A stretch of DNA of 64,000 nt from Acidobacteriota bacterium (lineage in GTDB: Bacteria; Acidobacteriota; UBA6911; RPQK01; JAJDTT01): positions 338,713-402,712 of the forward strand of contig OZ242374.1 of NCBI GenBank assembly GCA_965209055.1, in the 5' to 3' direction. Made by a program: the position numbers and the translations under genes. This document shows positions 17,857 through 26,439 of this stretch, one piece after another; position 1 is the first letter of the stretch; each line of letters opens with the position of its first letter. The notes under the pieces are model-generated. The model was not told where the DNA came from and searched no databases. It saw only the letters and a list, made by a program, of their open reading frames with translations.

Positions 17857-19362
17857 CTATTCGCTCCCCACCACATAGACGGCGTAAAGGCGAGCGTCTT
17901 CCGGGTAAATTCCTTCCCAATTCACGCGGACGCGGATTGGCCCGTCCACGCCTGCCAGTTGGTCCTTGCCGCGCCACGTCACCCGTTGCCGCAGGCCCGG
18001 TTCCTGCAGCGCAATCGAGGCGTCTCCCGAATAACCGGGCAACGGCCGGAGCCGGTGGTCCAGGACCTCGACCCGGAGCTGGCTCTTCTCCGACAGCCCG
18101 GAGGCGTTGACGTAGATCTCCGCTTGCGGGGAATCCAATTCGATCGGCGTGGAGAGGAAATGGGCGCCTTCCGTCCGGGGCGCCGCGGCGAAATATCCCA
18201 GCCGGTCCCGGCCCCAGGTGGCCAGACGGACTCCCGAGGGACTCTCGGGGTTGAACGCGACCCAGATGCTGTACCAGAAGAAGGTCCGGTCGCCGATGTT
18301 CTCGAACCCCTGACCCTGGAGCAGCCGCGGTTCGGCGCCGTCCGGTTCCTCGTAGGAGGGAAGGATCTTGAAGTCGGGGATCGGCTCCTTGAAGTGGATG
18401 GCGTCGGGGCTCACCACCAGGCCCAGGTCGCAGGTGGAGTAGCGCCGGTCGTTGGTCTGGTTGTCGTATTGGCCGTAAAAACCAATGATCACGTTGCCCC
18501 GGTTCCAGAGGCTGGCCCCCATGTGCACCTGTGCGCCGCGATGGATCTCGAAGTTGTCGAGGGGACGCGGCGGGAGGGGATTCCTCCGGAAGCTGAGGTG
18601 GGCCGCTTCGCTCCAGTGGTCGAAGTCGTGGGAGATGTAAGTGACCATCTTTCGACCCCGGGCCTTGGGGACGGGGTGGGGGATCGGTCCCCCCTGTCCG
18701 TTCAGGTAGTAGAAGCCGTTGAACCGGATCAGGCCGCCCGTCTCCATGCCGCTGCCCTTGATGATGGGGTTGTTGGGAGAATCGGTCCAGCTCAGCCCGT
18801 CCGGGCTGTACGCCGCCATGATGGCTCGCGGGTGCTCCTCCCGGACCATCTTGAAGCGCCGGCCGGGGTCGGGGTCTTCCGGCTCATGGAGTACCAGGAC
18901 GAAGACCCCCTTCATGGGGTCCTTGCCGTTTGACAGCACCAGGTTGTTCCGCCGGTTCCCGTTGTACTCGACGAGTCCCAGGTCCGGCTTGTCCCAGCGG
19001 ACGCCGTCCCGGGAGACGGCATAGAGGACCTGCCGTTTCCGGTCCTTGTCCCAACCGGAGTACCACATGCGGTACTCGCCATCGATCTTCAGGACGGTGC
19101 CGTAATAGTAGACCCGCGGGTGGTCCGGGTCTCCCGGCTTGCCCGGAGGGACGACCGGTTTGCTGGGGTGCAGAGGATCGGTTCCGTGCCCCGTATTGAC
19201 CGCGCTTTTCTTGCCCGGGACCAGTTCTAGTAACAAACCCTTGCTGAACGGGACGCTGTAGTCGTCAAACGGGAAAAGGACCGTTTCCTTGCCGGCGCCG
19301 GCGCCCGGCTGCAGAGACAGGCCGAAACCGATGAGAACAGCCAAAATCATGCGAAGAGTCAT
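17857..19362 (-). CDS. Secreted beta-propeller, glycoside-hydrolase-like protein (family unresolved)
   Basis: Signal peptide MTLRMILAVLIGFGLSLQPGAGA, with SD AGGGAGG before the ATG at 19362. It is a paralogue of 27881..29497 (shared blocks YRMWYSG/RIWYRAAG and SRDGVRW.KP.LGLVE). Confidence 0.6.
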   Translation of the reverse strand: MTLRMILAVLIGFGLSLQPGAGAGKETVLFPFDDYSVPFSKGLLLELVPGKKSAVNTGHGTDPLHPSKPVVPPGKPGDPDHPRVYYYGTVLKIDGEYRMWYSGWDKDRKRQVLYAVSRDGVRWDKPDLGLVEYNGNRRNNLVLSNGKDPMKGVFVLVLHEPEDPDPGRRFKMVREEHPRAIMAAYSPDGLSWTDSPNNPIIKGSGMETGGLIRFNGFYYLNGQGGPIPHPVPKARGRKMVTYISHDFDHWSEAAHLSFRRNPLPPRPLDNFEIHRGAQVHMGASLWNRGNVIIGFYGQYDNQTNDRRYSTCDLGLVVSPDAIHFKEPIPDFKILPSYEEPDGAEPRLLQGQGFENIGDRTFFWYSIWVAFNPESPSGVRLATWGRDRLGYFAAAPRTEGAHFLSTPIELDSPQAEIYVNASGLSEKSQLRVEVLDHRLRPLPGYSGDASIALQEPGLRQRVTWRGKDQLAGVDGPIRVRVNWEGIYPEDARLYAVYVVGSE

Positions 19363-19515
19363 GTTTGGGACCTCCCTGAACATGCGGTTCCAAGGATTCG
19401 GGTCAAGCGCCCGAAAACGAACTTTCCAGATATAATTGGAAGCATACAAGGATACGGTTCCCGTCGGCGAATTTCGCGCCCCGAGGCATCGGGGAGTTTC
19501 GGACCCGAGTGAAAA

Positions 19516-20298
19516 ATGTCCCTACGATTCCGGGACGCCGCCATCATCGTCTTGACCGGTTTGCTCCTGGGTTGCGGCCCTTCGCGGATCAAGAAGTTGC
19601 CGGTTCCACAGGAGAATGTGATCGAGGCCTACCGTCTCATGGGGGAGGCGGACGAGATGATGAAGGAGGGAAAGGACCATCTGGCGGTCCTGAAATACGT
19701 CGAGGCGACGACGCTGAATCCGTATCACGAGGCCATTTTCAACAAGCTGGCCATCGCCTATTGCCGGACCGGGCGGTACTGGCAGGGAAGGAAAGCCGCC
19801 GAGCGCTCCGTCCGGCTCCACCCGGGATACGCCTCCGGCCACAACACGTTGGGAATCGTCTCCCTTTCGAATCGAAAATACAAACAGGCGGCCGCCTACT
19901 TCCAGGAGGCCATCGATCTGGATGCGCGGCCGTCCTATTACGTCAACCTGGGATATGCCGAAATGATGCGGAACCGCTACGAAGCGTCCCGCGAAGCCTA
20001 CCTTCAGGCCGCCCTCCTGGACCCGGAAGTCTTCAAGAAATCGAGCGTATCCCGCCTGACCTATCCGGACCCCATGGGGGTGGACTCCGAGACGAACTAC
20101 AATCTGGCCCGCCTCTTCGCCGAAATGGGGGACGAGCCCCAATGCCTGAAGTACCTGGGGAAAGCGTTGTCGGCTGGATTCACGGACCAGGAGCGGCTGG
20201 CGGCGGACGAGTCCTTCGACAAACTGCGTCAAAGTCAGGACTTCATCGAACTCCTGAGTCTTTACGGACTGACGGCCGCCGGGAAGGCTTCCGGCTGA
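19516..20298 (+). CDS. TPR-repeat lipoprotein
   Basis: Lipobox LLLGC near the N-terminus. TPR-like repeats follow (e.g. NKLAIAYCRTGRYWQGRKAAERSVRLHP). Confidence 0.7.
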   Translation: MSLRFRDAAIIVLTGLLLGCGPSRIKKLPVPQENVIEAYRLMGEADEMMKEGKDHLAVLKYVEATTLNPYHEAIFNKLAIAYCRTGRYWQGRKAAERSVRLHPGYASGHNTLGIVSLSNRKYKQAAAYFQEAIDLDARPSYYVNLGYAEMMRNRYEASREAYLQAALLDPEVFKKSSVSRLTYPDPMGVDSETNYNLARLFAEMGDEPQCLKYLGKALSAGFTDQERLAADESFDKLRQSQDFIELLSLYGLTAAGKASG

Positions 20299-20414
20299 CG
20301 ATCCGGACACCGTAACCGGAAGCTCCCACCTTCCAGCCAGGCTTTGCTCCGAAAGAATGCTGCGTCTATATTGTTGTGCTTCAGTCGGCAAAAAGATCCA
20401 GAGAAGGAGAATCG

Positions 20415-21176
20415 ATGAGCCTCAAGAGCTTCTTTGACGAGAACGGTTACGTCACTGTGGACAACGTCTTCACTCCTGCGGAAATGGACGAACTCATGGT
20501 CCGGATCGACGGCATGGAAAGAAGGGAGGTTCCATACCCCGAAAGCGACATCAAGTGGGAGCCGGCCAATCCTTCCGCGCTCCGCAACGCCTTCGGGTTG
20601 CTCCATCGAGACCCGGTCTTCCGGTCCGTCGCCACGCATCCCAAGCTGGCCGCGGTCGTCGAGCAGATCCTGGGTCCCGACCTGGACATCTACGCCGACG
20701 GACTCTTTGCCAAACCGGCGCTGGACGGAGGCCTGGTCCCGCCCCATCAGGACATGTACTACTGGAGTTTCCAGCCCTTCGAGATGCTGACCGCCTGGAT
20801 CGCGTTGGAGGATGCGACCCGCGAGAACGGATGCCTCACCGTGATCCCCGGGAGCCACAAGTTGGGCCTCCTGGACCACGAGCATTCCAACGTGCCCGGG
20901 AATACGTGGAAGCTGACCCACGAGGCTCTGAGCCATCTGGGGGATGAGATTCCGGTGGAGCTGAGCAAGGGAAGCGTTGGGTTCCACCACTGCCTGACCT
21001 ATCACCGAAGCGAGCCCAACCGGAGTCCGCATTCCCGGCGCGCCTACACCGTGATCTTCATGACCGGCGAATCCCGCTGGGTGGGAGAGGAGGACTACCG
21101 GTACCCCTTCCTTCACGTTCAGGGCAAGCCGTCCCCGGCCTACGAGGCCATGAAGCACGTCCGGGTGGAAGGGTAA
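20415..21176 (+). CDS. Phytanoyl-CoA dioxygenase (PhyH) family Fe(II)/2-oxoglutarate oxygenase
   Basis: N-terminus FFDENGYVTVDNVFTPAEMDEL and HxD in PPHQDMYYW, with a distal His region GFHHCLTYHRSEPN. ATG 20415 has the SD GAAGGAGA. Confidence 0.8.
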   Translation: MSLKSFFDENGYVTVDNVFTPAEMDELMVRIDGMERREVPYPESDIKWEPANPSALRNAFGLLHRDPVFRSVATHPKLAAVVEQILGPDLDIYADGLFAKPALDGGLVPPHQDMYYWSFQPFEMLTAWIALEDATRENGCLTVIPGSHKLGLLDHEHSNVPGNTWKLTHEALSHLGDEIPVELSKGSVGFHHCLTYHRSEPNRSPHSRRAYTVIFMTGESRWVGEEDYRYPFLHVQGKPSPAYEAMKHVRVEG

Positions 21177-21281
21177 GCCGGGAACGCGTGGCGGGCCCGC
21201 CCACGCGCCCAGGAGCGGAGGCAATCCCGTTCCTGTGGAATACGTGGACAGCTTCTTTCCTCGGAGTGGATTCTATCCTTG

Positions 21282-21308
21282 TAATTTGTCCATTATATGG
21301 ATAATTTA
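21282..21308 (+). promoter_or_regulatory. AT-rich imperfect palindrome with -10-like GATAAT immediately upstream of the AAA ATPase start
   Basis: TAATTTGTCCAT-tat-ATGGATAATTTA, with 10/12 arm matches. GATAAT sits at 21300-21305, only 8 nt before ATG 21314, and there is no SD. This is consistent with a leaderless or near-leaderless transcript. Confidence 0.3.
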
Positions 21309-21313
21309 CAGGG

Positions 21314-22483
21314 ATGATCGAGCGGCATATCAAGCTCCGCGTTCTTGAGGCGCTTGGTTACCAGGCAGCGGCGGCCATTATCGGCCCGCGCCAAGTTGGC
21401 AAGACCACGCTCGCGATGGATATCGGCGAAGAGTGCGGAGCCCTGTATCTCGACCTCGAAGACCGGACCGATCGGCAAAAGTTGAGCGACCCGGCGCTGT
21501 TCCTGCGCCATTACGAAAACCGCCTCGTGATTCTCGATGAAATCCACAGAGTTCCCGGCCTGTTTCACGATCTTCGAGGGGTCATCGACAGCGGACGGCG
21601 GCGAGGAATACGGACCGGACGATTTCTGATCCTCGGCTCCGCGTCCATGGATCTGTTGCGCCAGTCCAGCGAGAGTCTCGCCGGCCGGATCGCCTATATC
21701 GACATGCAGCCGTTCCACCTCCTCGAGGTGCCGGGCGGCAGTGAAACGCCCACCCGGCTCTGGGTGCGGGGCGGCTTCCCGGACAGCTTTCTGGCCGTGG
21801 ACGGAAGGCGTAGCTTTCTTCTTCGCAAGGACTTTATCCGGACTTACCTGGAGCGTGACGTCGCCCTGTTCGGGCCCCGCCTCCCCGCGGAGACGCTGGA
21901 GCGCCTTTGGATCATGCTGGCCCACAGCCAGGGAGGCCTGTTGAATGCTTCCCGGTTCGCTTCGTCATTGGGTGTCAGCGTGCAAACCGTAAATCGCTAT
22001 ATCGGACTCTTGACCGATCTGCTGCTGGTGCGGCGCCTGGCTCCTTTGCACGCCAATGTCGGGAAAAGGCTGGTGAAATCGCCGAAGATCTACATACGCG
22101 ACAGCGGCCTGCTGCACGCTCTGCTCGGCATTGGCGATTTCAACGCGCTGGCCGGCCATCCTGTGGCCGGCGCCAGTTGGGAAGGGTATGTGATCGAGAA
22201 CCTGCTCGCAGCCGCCCCGGAACGGACGACGGCCAGTTTCTACCGCACTTCCGCCGGCGCCGAGGTCGATCTTGTGCTTCAGTTGCCGAACGGCGAACTG
22301 TGGGCGATAGAGATCAAGCGGGGTCGCGCCCCGAGACCGGACCGCGGCTTTTACAACGCCCGCGCGGACCTGCGGCCTGACCATGCGTTCGTCGCGTATT
22401 CCGGGGACGAACGCTTCCCGATCAGCGAAGGCGTTGAGGCGATCGGCGTCTTCGAACTGGCGATGTTGCTTCAGAACGGATGA
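21314..22483 (+). CDS. AAA+ ATPase with DUF4143-type C-terminal domain
   Basis: Walker A GPRQVGKTTLA and Walker B-like LVILDEIH. The overall 389-aa layout matches the AAA_14 + DUF4143 ATP-binding protein family. Confidence 0.8.
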   Translation: MIERHIKLRVLEALGYQAAAAIIGPRQVGKTTLAMDIGEECGALYLDLEDRTDRQKLSDPALFLRHYENRLVILDEIHRVPGLFHDLRGVIDSGRRRGIRTGRFLILGSASMDLLRQSSESLAGRIAYIDMQPFHLLEVPGGSETPTRLWVRGGFPDSFLAVDGRRSFLLRKDFIRTYLERDVALFGPRLPAETLERLWIMLAHSQGGLLNASRFASSLGVSVQTVNRYIGLLTDLLLVRRLAPLHANVGKRLVKSPKIYIRDSGLLHALLGIGDFNALAGHPVAGASWEGYVIENLLAAAPERTTASFYRTSAGAEVDLVLQLPNGELWAIEIKRGRAPRPDRGFYNARADLRPDHAFVAYSGDERFPISEGVEAIGVFELAMLLQNG

Positions 22484-22567
22484 AAAGCAGGGAGCGGGTG
22501 ATCATGATGGAAAGCGACCGGGTAACCACCAGCAAGCAGGCGACAGTCACCATCAGTTGCGCGTCGG

Positions 22568-22640
22568 CGCGCATCGTGTTGACCAGCTTGATCATCAGCG
22601 CGGGCCGAACTACAGTGACCTGTCCCGGATCGTGACGGAC
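22568..22640 (+). pseudogene. Composite scrap of a C69-like peptidase gene (signal-peptide piece joined out of frame to an internal piece)
   Basis: 22570-22598 (gcatcgtgttgaccagcttgatcatcagc) matches 26449-26477 of the intact gene at 25/29 nt. 22597-22637 (encoding RGPNYSDLSRIV) matches 26854-26894 at 39/41 nt. Confidence 0.7.
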
Positions 22641-22814
22641 TGAGCCGTTCGGTCAGGCCGTGGGATTGGCCTCGTGCCGGTTCGCCCCCAAGTGTGACAC
22701 CCGGCAGATTCCACAAGTCGCTGGCGGCCTTTCGGTTGCGCCACGGCCAACGGAGCGCGAATGCCGATCCGCGCTCCCCGTCCCCACCGTCCCCGCGCCC
22801 GCCGCCCACCGCGC

Positions 22815-24008
22815 TCAAGTCGCCCTTCTCGGATAGCGGCGCCCGTTCAGCTGTTTCCCGATGAACGTCGGTCGTACGAAGTAGTGGTAGGTCACCAGGA
22901 TCAGGCCGGTCGCCATGATCGCGACGAGCGCGAGCTTGACGATCCCCGGAAGCGGCACGTTCGCCAGAACAAGGGGCAGCAGCATGACGAGCGGCACGTG
23001 CACGATGTAGATCCAGTACGAGGCGTCCGCCAGGTACCGCCAGCGCGGGCTCGGCCTGTCCATGTAGCGGAGGAACAGGCCGATCAGGCTATACGCCATG
23101 AACCACATGGAAAGCGCGAGGAAGACGACCGCCGGCAGGTGCCCATCGCCGGCTTCCGGGCACGTCCTGTCCGGCCTGGGGGGGCAACCGATCTCGAAGA
23201 AGTGCCGGTATACGAAGAAGCACAGGATGCCGCCGGCGAGGAGAGCCCATGCGGGGCGCTTGAAGCCCTCCAGCGTCTGCCGTCTGCGAAACAGCAGCCA
23301 GCCGAATACGAAGAACAGGGCGTAGAGTGCCAGCTGGCGCGGGGCGGGAAACGGGCCGGCGTAGTAGTCGATGGCCCACGACTCCATCCGGTACAGCAGG
23401 AGGCCCGCGGCCAGAATCAGCACCGCGATGCCTCCACGGTGCACCCAGCGCTCGAAGAGGTCCATGGCACGGGCGCGCACGCCCGCGGGAATCCGGCCGG
23501 CGAGCGCGCTCAGTGCGCTCGCGGCCACGCACAGGATCATCAGGTGGTAGAGGAACCACAGATGCATGAACAGGTGGTCAAGGGCCCTGGACGAGGTCAG
23601 TTCCGGAAGACTGTAGGTAGCGTTCGGCGGGGTGGCGCTGAAGCGGGCCGCGAACGGCACGATGAAGAACATCGTGACCGTAAGGAGGGGCCATGCCACC
23701 AGGAACGGAATCCCGATCCGGCTCCATCGGTGCCGGAGGAATTCTCGAGTTCCGCGTGTCTTGAGCAGGTACGCCGCAAAGAATCCCGCAATCGCGAAGA
23801 AGACCGGCAGGTTGAATACGCGGATGAAGATCACCACCCAGTAGGCGAGCATGTCGGCCTGGGGATCCCGGTATGGCCACTCGAAGAAGACCGTGGGCAC
23901 GTAGCTGACCGCCGCGTGGCGAACCAAGCCGAGCATCATCATGGACGCGCGCAGTTGGTCGAGGGAGTGATACCGGGGAAGTTTCGCCTGTGGCTGTGTG
24001 CCGGTCAC
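22815..24008 (-). CDS. Acyltransferase family 3 integral membrane protein (OafA/YrhL-like)
   Basis: Polytopic hydrophobic protein whose N-terminal HSLDQLRASMMMLGLVRHAA motif is typical of acyltransferase_3. It starts 7 nt after the upstream P450 fusion gene's stop. Confidence 0.75.
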   Translation of the reverse strand: MTGTQPQAKLPRYHSLDQLRASMMMLGLVRHAAVSYVPTVFFEWPYRDPQADMLAYWVVIFIRVFNLPVFFAIAGFFAAYLLKTRGTREFLRHRWSRIGIPFLVAWPLLTVTMFFIVPFAARFSATPPNATYSLPELTSSRALDHLFMHLWFLYHLMILCVAASALSALAGRIPAGVRARAMDLFERWVHRGGIAVLILAAGLLLYRMESWAIDYYAGPFPAPRQLALYALFFVFGWLLFRRRQTLEGFKRPAWALLAGGILCFFVYRHFFEIGCPPRPDRTCPEAGDGHLPAVVFLALSMWFMAYSLIGLFLRYMDRPSPRWRYLADASYWIYIVHVPLVMLLPLVLANVPLPGIVKLALVAIMATGLILVTYHYFVRPTFIGKQLNGRRYPRRAT

Positions 24009-24015
24009 CAGGACT

Positions 24016-26112
24016 TTATGCGGTCGTCGGGACGTCGTGTGTCCGTCGGTGCAGGATGCGGATGCTGAAACGGACGGGCTGCATGGTCGGGAACGACCTC
24101 ACGCGCAGCACATGGTCGGGCGCGAGCGGCTCCAGCACGAGCTCCCTCAGGATCGTAGCCATGGTGAGCGCGAGCTGAACCGGGACGAGACCGGCGCCGA
24201 GACATCGGTGGGTGCCGGCCCCGAAAGGGGCATAGGCGCCGCGCTGCCGGTGTTCGCCGCGAGTCTGCGTGAAGCGGTCGATGTCGAAGCGCTCCGGATC
24301 GGGGAAGTACTCTTCGAGCGTGTGCCCGACCGCCGTACCGATCATGACCTGCGTGCCCGCGCGAACCCTGTGACCTGCGAACTCAAACGAGTTGGCGGTC
24401 GTCCGAAGTACGGCGGGCGAGACCGGATGGAGCCGCAGGGTCTCCATCGCTACGCGGCGCGTGACTTCGAGCCTCTTCAAGCCCACAGCGCTCACGCTGC
24501 CCTGATCGAACAGGGCGTCCGCCTCGGCGGTGATGCGCTCCATGAGCTGCGGCCGCTTGAGCACGTTGTAGATCATGAACGAGCATGTGCTCGCTGTGGT
24601 GTCCAGTCCGACCATGTAGGGTGCGAGCACCGTCAGGGGCAGGTTGGTCTCGGGAAGAAGCTGCGGATCGGCGTCGCGCAGCTCCAGCATCAGGTCGATG
24701 AAGTCCGGCCTCGTTCTACGCGGACCCACCCTGCGCTTGTGTGCGAGGACTGCCCGGGCCAGCTCGCGGCCTCGCTCGCGTGCGTCGCGGAATCGCGGGA
24801 GCTTCATGACGTGCGGAGTCGTCGAAGCGCCCAGCAGCAGCCCGCCGAGGAGCGTGGACAGCTCGTGCGTGTAGCCCTGCGGCGAATAGTCGGCCATCAT
24901 GTGACCCATCTGCTCCGCGATCACGTTCTGGAACGCCGGCAACGCCTCGAACGGCTTCCCCAACGGCCACTTGCCGATCTCGTCGCGCGTGATGTCGACG
25001 ACCTCTTGTGACCGGTCCCTGATGACCCGGACTGCGTATCCCTTGGCCTGGGCCCTCCGCGTGGTGACGTGATCGATCCCGTCCATGGTCAGGATCGAGC
25101 GTGACGAGTCCATCAGGTTGTGGAGACTCGCCATGGGCTCGAGCGATCGGAACACGGTCTTTCCGTGCGAGGTGAGGAAATTGGTCGCTTCCGGCCCTGC
25201 CAAGCACACGAACCGGCGCGAGGGAGCGCGTATCCTGAAGATCGGGCCCAATTCGCGGTACTGGCGGGAAAGGAAGGCGACCAGTCCCTTCCGCATGGCC
25301 AGGCCGTTGCCCAGCAGGGGAAGCCCCGGCACCACCGGAATCTCTTTCGGTCGCCGAGGCTCCGGACGTGGTTCATCGGGCGCCTCGAGTCCTTCGATCG
25401 CCAGGCTCATCGTCCGGCCGATCAGATCGATATTCTTCAGCAGATCGATGCGATCCTGGACCTGCACCCGCTCCTCCGATGACAGAATCGTGCGGAATAC
25501 GCCGCAGGCGTTTGCGAGGGCAATGAGCGCGATGTCCGGCGGGTCGGGAATATCATTGTTGAACAAGATCCGCATGATCCGCAGCTTGGCTTCCTCGACC
25601 GGCCGCACGTCAACGGCGGGGTAGCGCCGCGACCGCGACACCGACGGGGCGAGGAACACGAGCCCGTCCGCCTCGGATCTCAGGATGCCGCGCTCAATCA
25701 GGCGAGCCAGCGCGGCGCGTCGGATCTGGTCAGCCTGCCCGGCGATCCGTCCGAGCCAATAGCCCGTGTCGCGTGGCTGGACGTCACTTGCGATCTCGGC
25801 GAGCGTGGGATCGAGGATGTCGTCGCCGAACGGCGTGGGATCCACGAGCACCAGGCGCTTGAGATCGGTGTCGATGCGGTCCTGGAGCGCGAGATCCATC
25901 AGCACGGCTCCGGCGAGCGCCAGGTCGAGTGAGCGGGGGGGCAGGCTGGCGGCCAAATCTCCCCGCTCCTCGTCCAGGACGAGAACCAGGATTTCCTCCG
26001 CGAACCTCAGCATCGTGTGCCCCCACCCGCAGGGACCCTCGATGAACCGGTCGTATGGCAGGGGCCGAAGTGCCTCAAGAAGATGGTCATTGGCACCTCG
26101 TACGTCATGCAA
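24016..26112 (-). CDS. Fusion protein: N-terminal GPP34 (GOLPH3/VPS74-like) domain + C-terminal cytochrome P450
   Basis: The N-terminal ~230 aa fit the GPP34 pattern (LRFAEEILVLVLDEERGDL ... LAGAVLMDLALQDRI). The C-terminal part has the P450 ExxR (ETLRLHP), PERFDIDRF, and the haem-thiolate loop FGAGTHRCLGAGL. The start could be ATG 26112 or the internal Met at MLRFAEE. Confidence 0.8.
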   Translation of the reverse strand: MHDVRGANDHLLEALRPLPYDRFIEGPCGWGHTMLRFAEEILVLVLDEERGDLAASLPPRSLDLALAGAVLMDLALQDRIDTDLKRLVLVDPTPFGDDILDPTLAEIASDVQPRDTGYWLGRIAGQADQIRRAALARLIERGILRSEADGLVFLAPSVSRSRRYPAVDVRPVEEAKLRIMRILFNNDIPDPPDIALIALANACGVFRTILSSEERVQVQDRIDLLKNIDLIGRTMSLAIEGLEAPDEPRPEPRRPKEIPVVPGLPLLGNGLAMRKGLVAFLSRQYRELGPIFRIRAPSRRFVCLAGPEATNFLTSHGKTVFRSLEPMASLHNLMDSSRSILTMDGIDHVTTRRAQAKGYAVRVIRDRSQEVVDITRDEIGKWPLGKPFEALPAFQNVIAEQMGHMMADYSPQGYTHELSTLLGGLLLGASTTPHVMKLPRFRDARERGRELARAVLAHKRRVGPRRTRPDFIDLMLELRDADPQLLPETNLPLTVLAPYMVGLDTTASTCSFMIYNVLKRPQLMERITAEADALFDQGSVSAVGLKRLEVTRRVAMETLRLHPVSPAVLRTTANSFEFAGHRVRAGTQVMIGTAVGHTLEEYFPDPERFDIDRFTQTRGEHRQRGAYAPFGAGTHRCLGAGLVPVQLALTMATILRELVLEPLAPDHVLRVRSFPTMQPVRFSIRILHRRTHDVPTTA

Positions 26113-26228
26113 GAAAAGATATCACGATACCGAAACCCATAGGCGCGGAGTTGTGAAAATATGGCGATCAGGAAGTGGGGGCTGTCCCAATCATAGTTGG
26201 AGGTTGGGTGGCTCCCGGGCATTTCATG

Positions 26229-26390
26229 CTACGATGCGAATTGCTCGATCCTCGCCTTGCCATCCTTTTCGCTCAGCTTCCAGGCCGCCCGCAGAACCGG
26301 CCGTGCCTGGTCGTGCAGCGTCTTCGGCAAGTGGCCAGGAACGTTGCGTATCTTGTGGATCCGGCAGCGCTGCACCCGGCGCGCCTCCCC
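26229..26390 (-). mobile_element. IS256 (Mutator-type) transposase gene fragment
   Basis: It encodes ...GEARRVQRCRIHKIRNVPGHLPKTLHDQARPVLRAAWKLSEKDGKARIEQFAS*. The QRC.[IV]HK.RN....PK block is the hallmark of IS256-family transposases. Only about 55 codons remain and both ends are truncated. Confidence 0.6.
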
Positions 26391-26439
26391 TTTTTTTGTC
26401 AGGATTGTGCCGGCCGCCAACAAAAATGAGGACACTGCC

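Noticed and set aside
26197-26439. 5' extensions of ORF-track entries (26197 for the peptidase; also 46040-47869, 32447-32959, 54110-54238, 39124-39240, 47607-47681 and 20376-20414).
   Set aside because: In each case an internal ATG is followed by a signal peptide and/or preceded by a good SD. The extension also overlaps a neighbouring gene or the IS scar.
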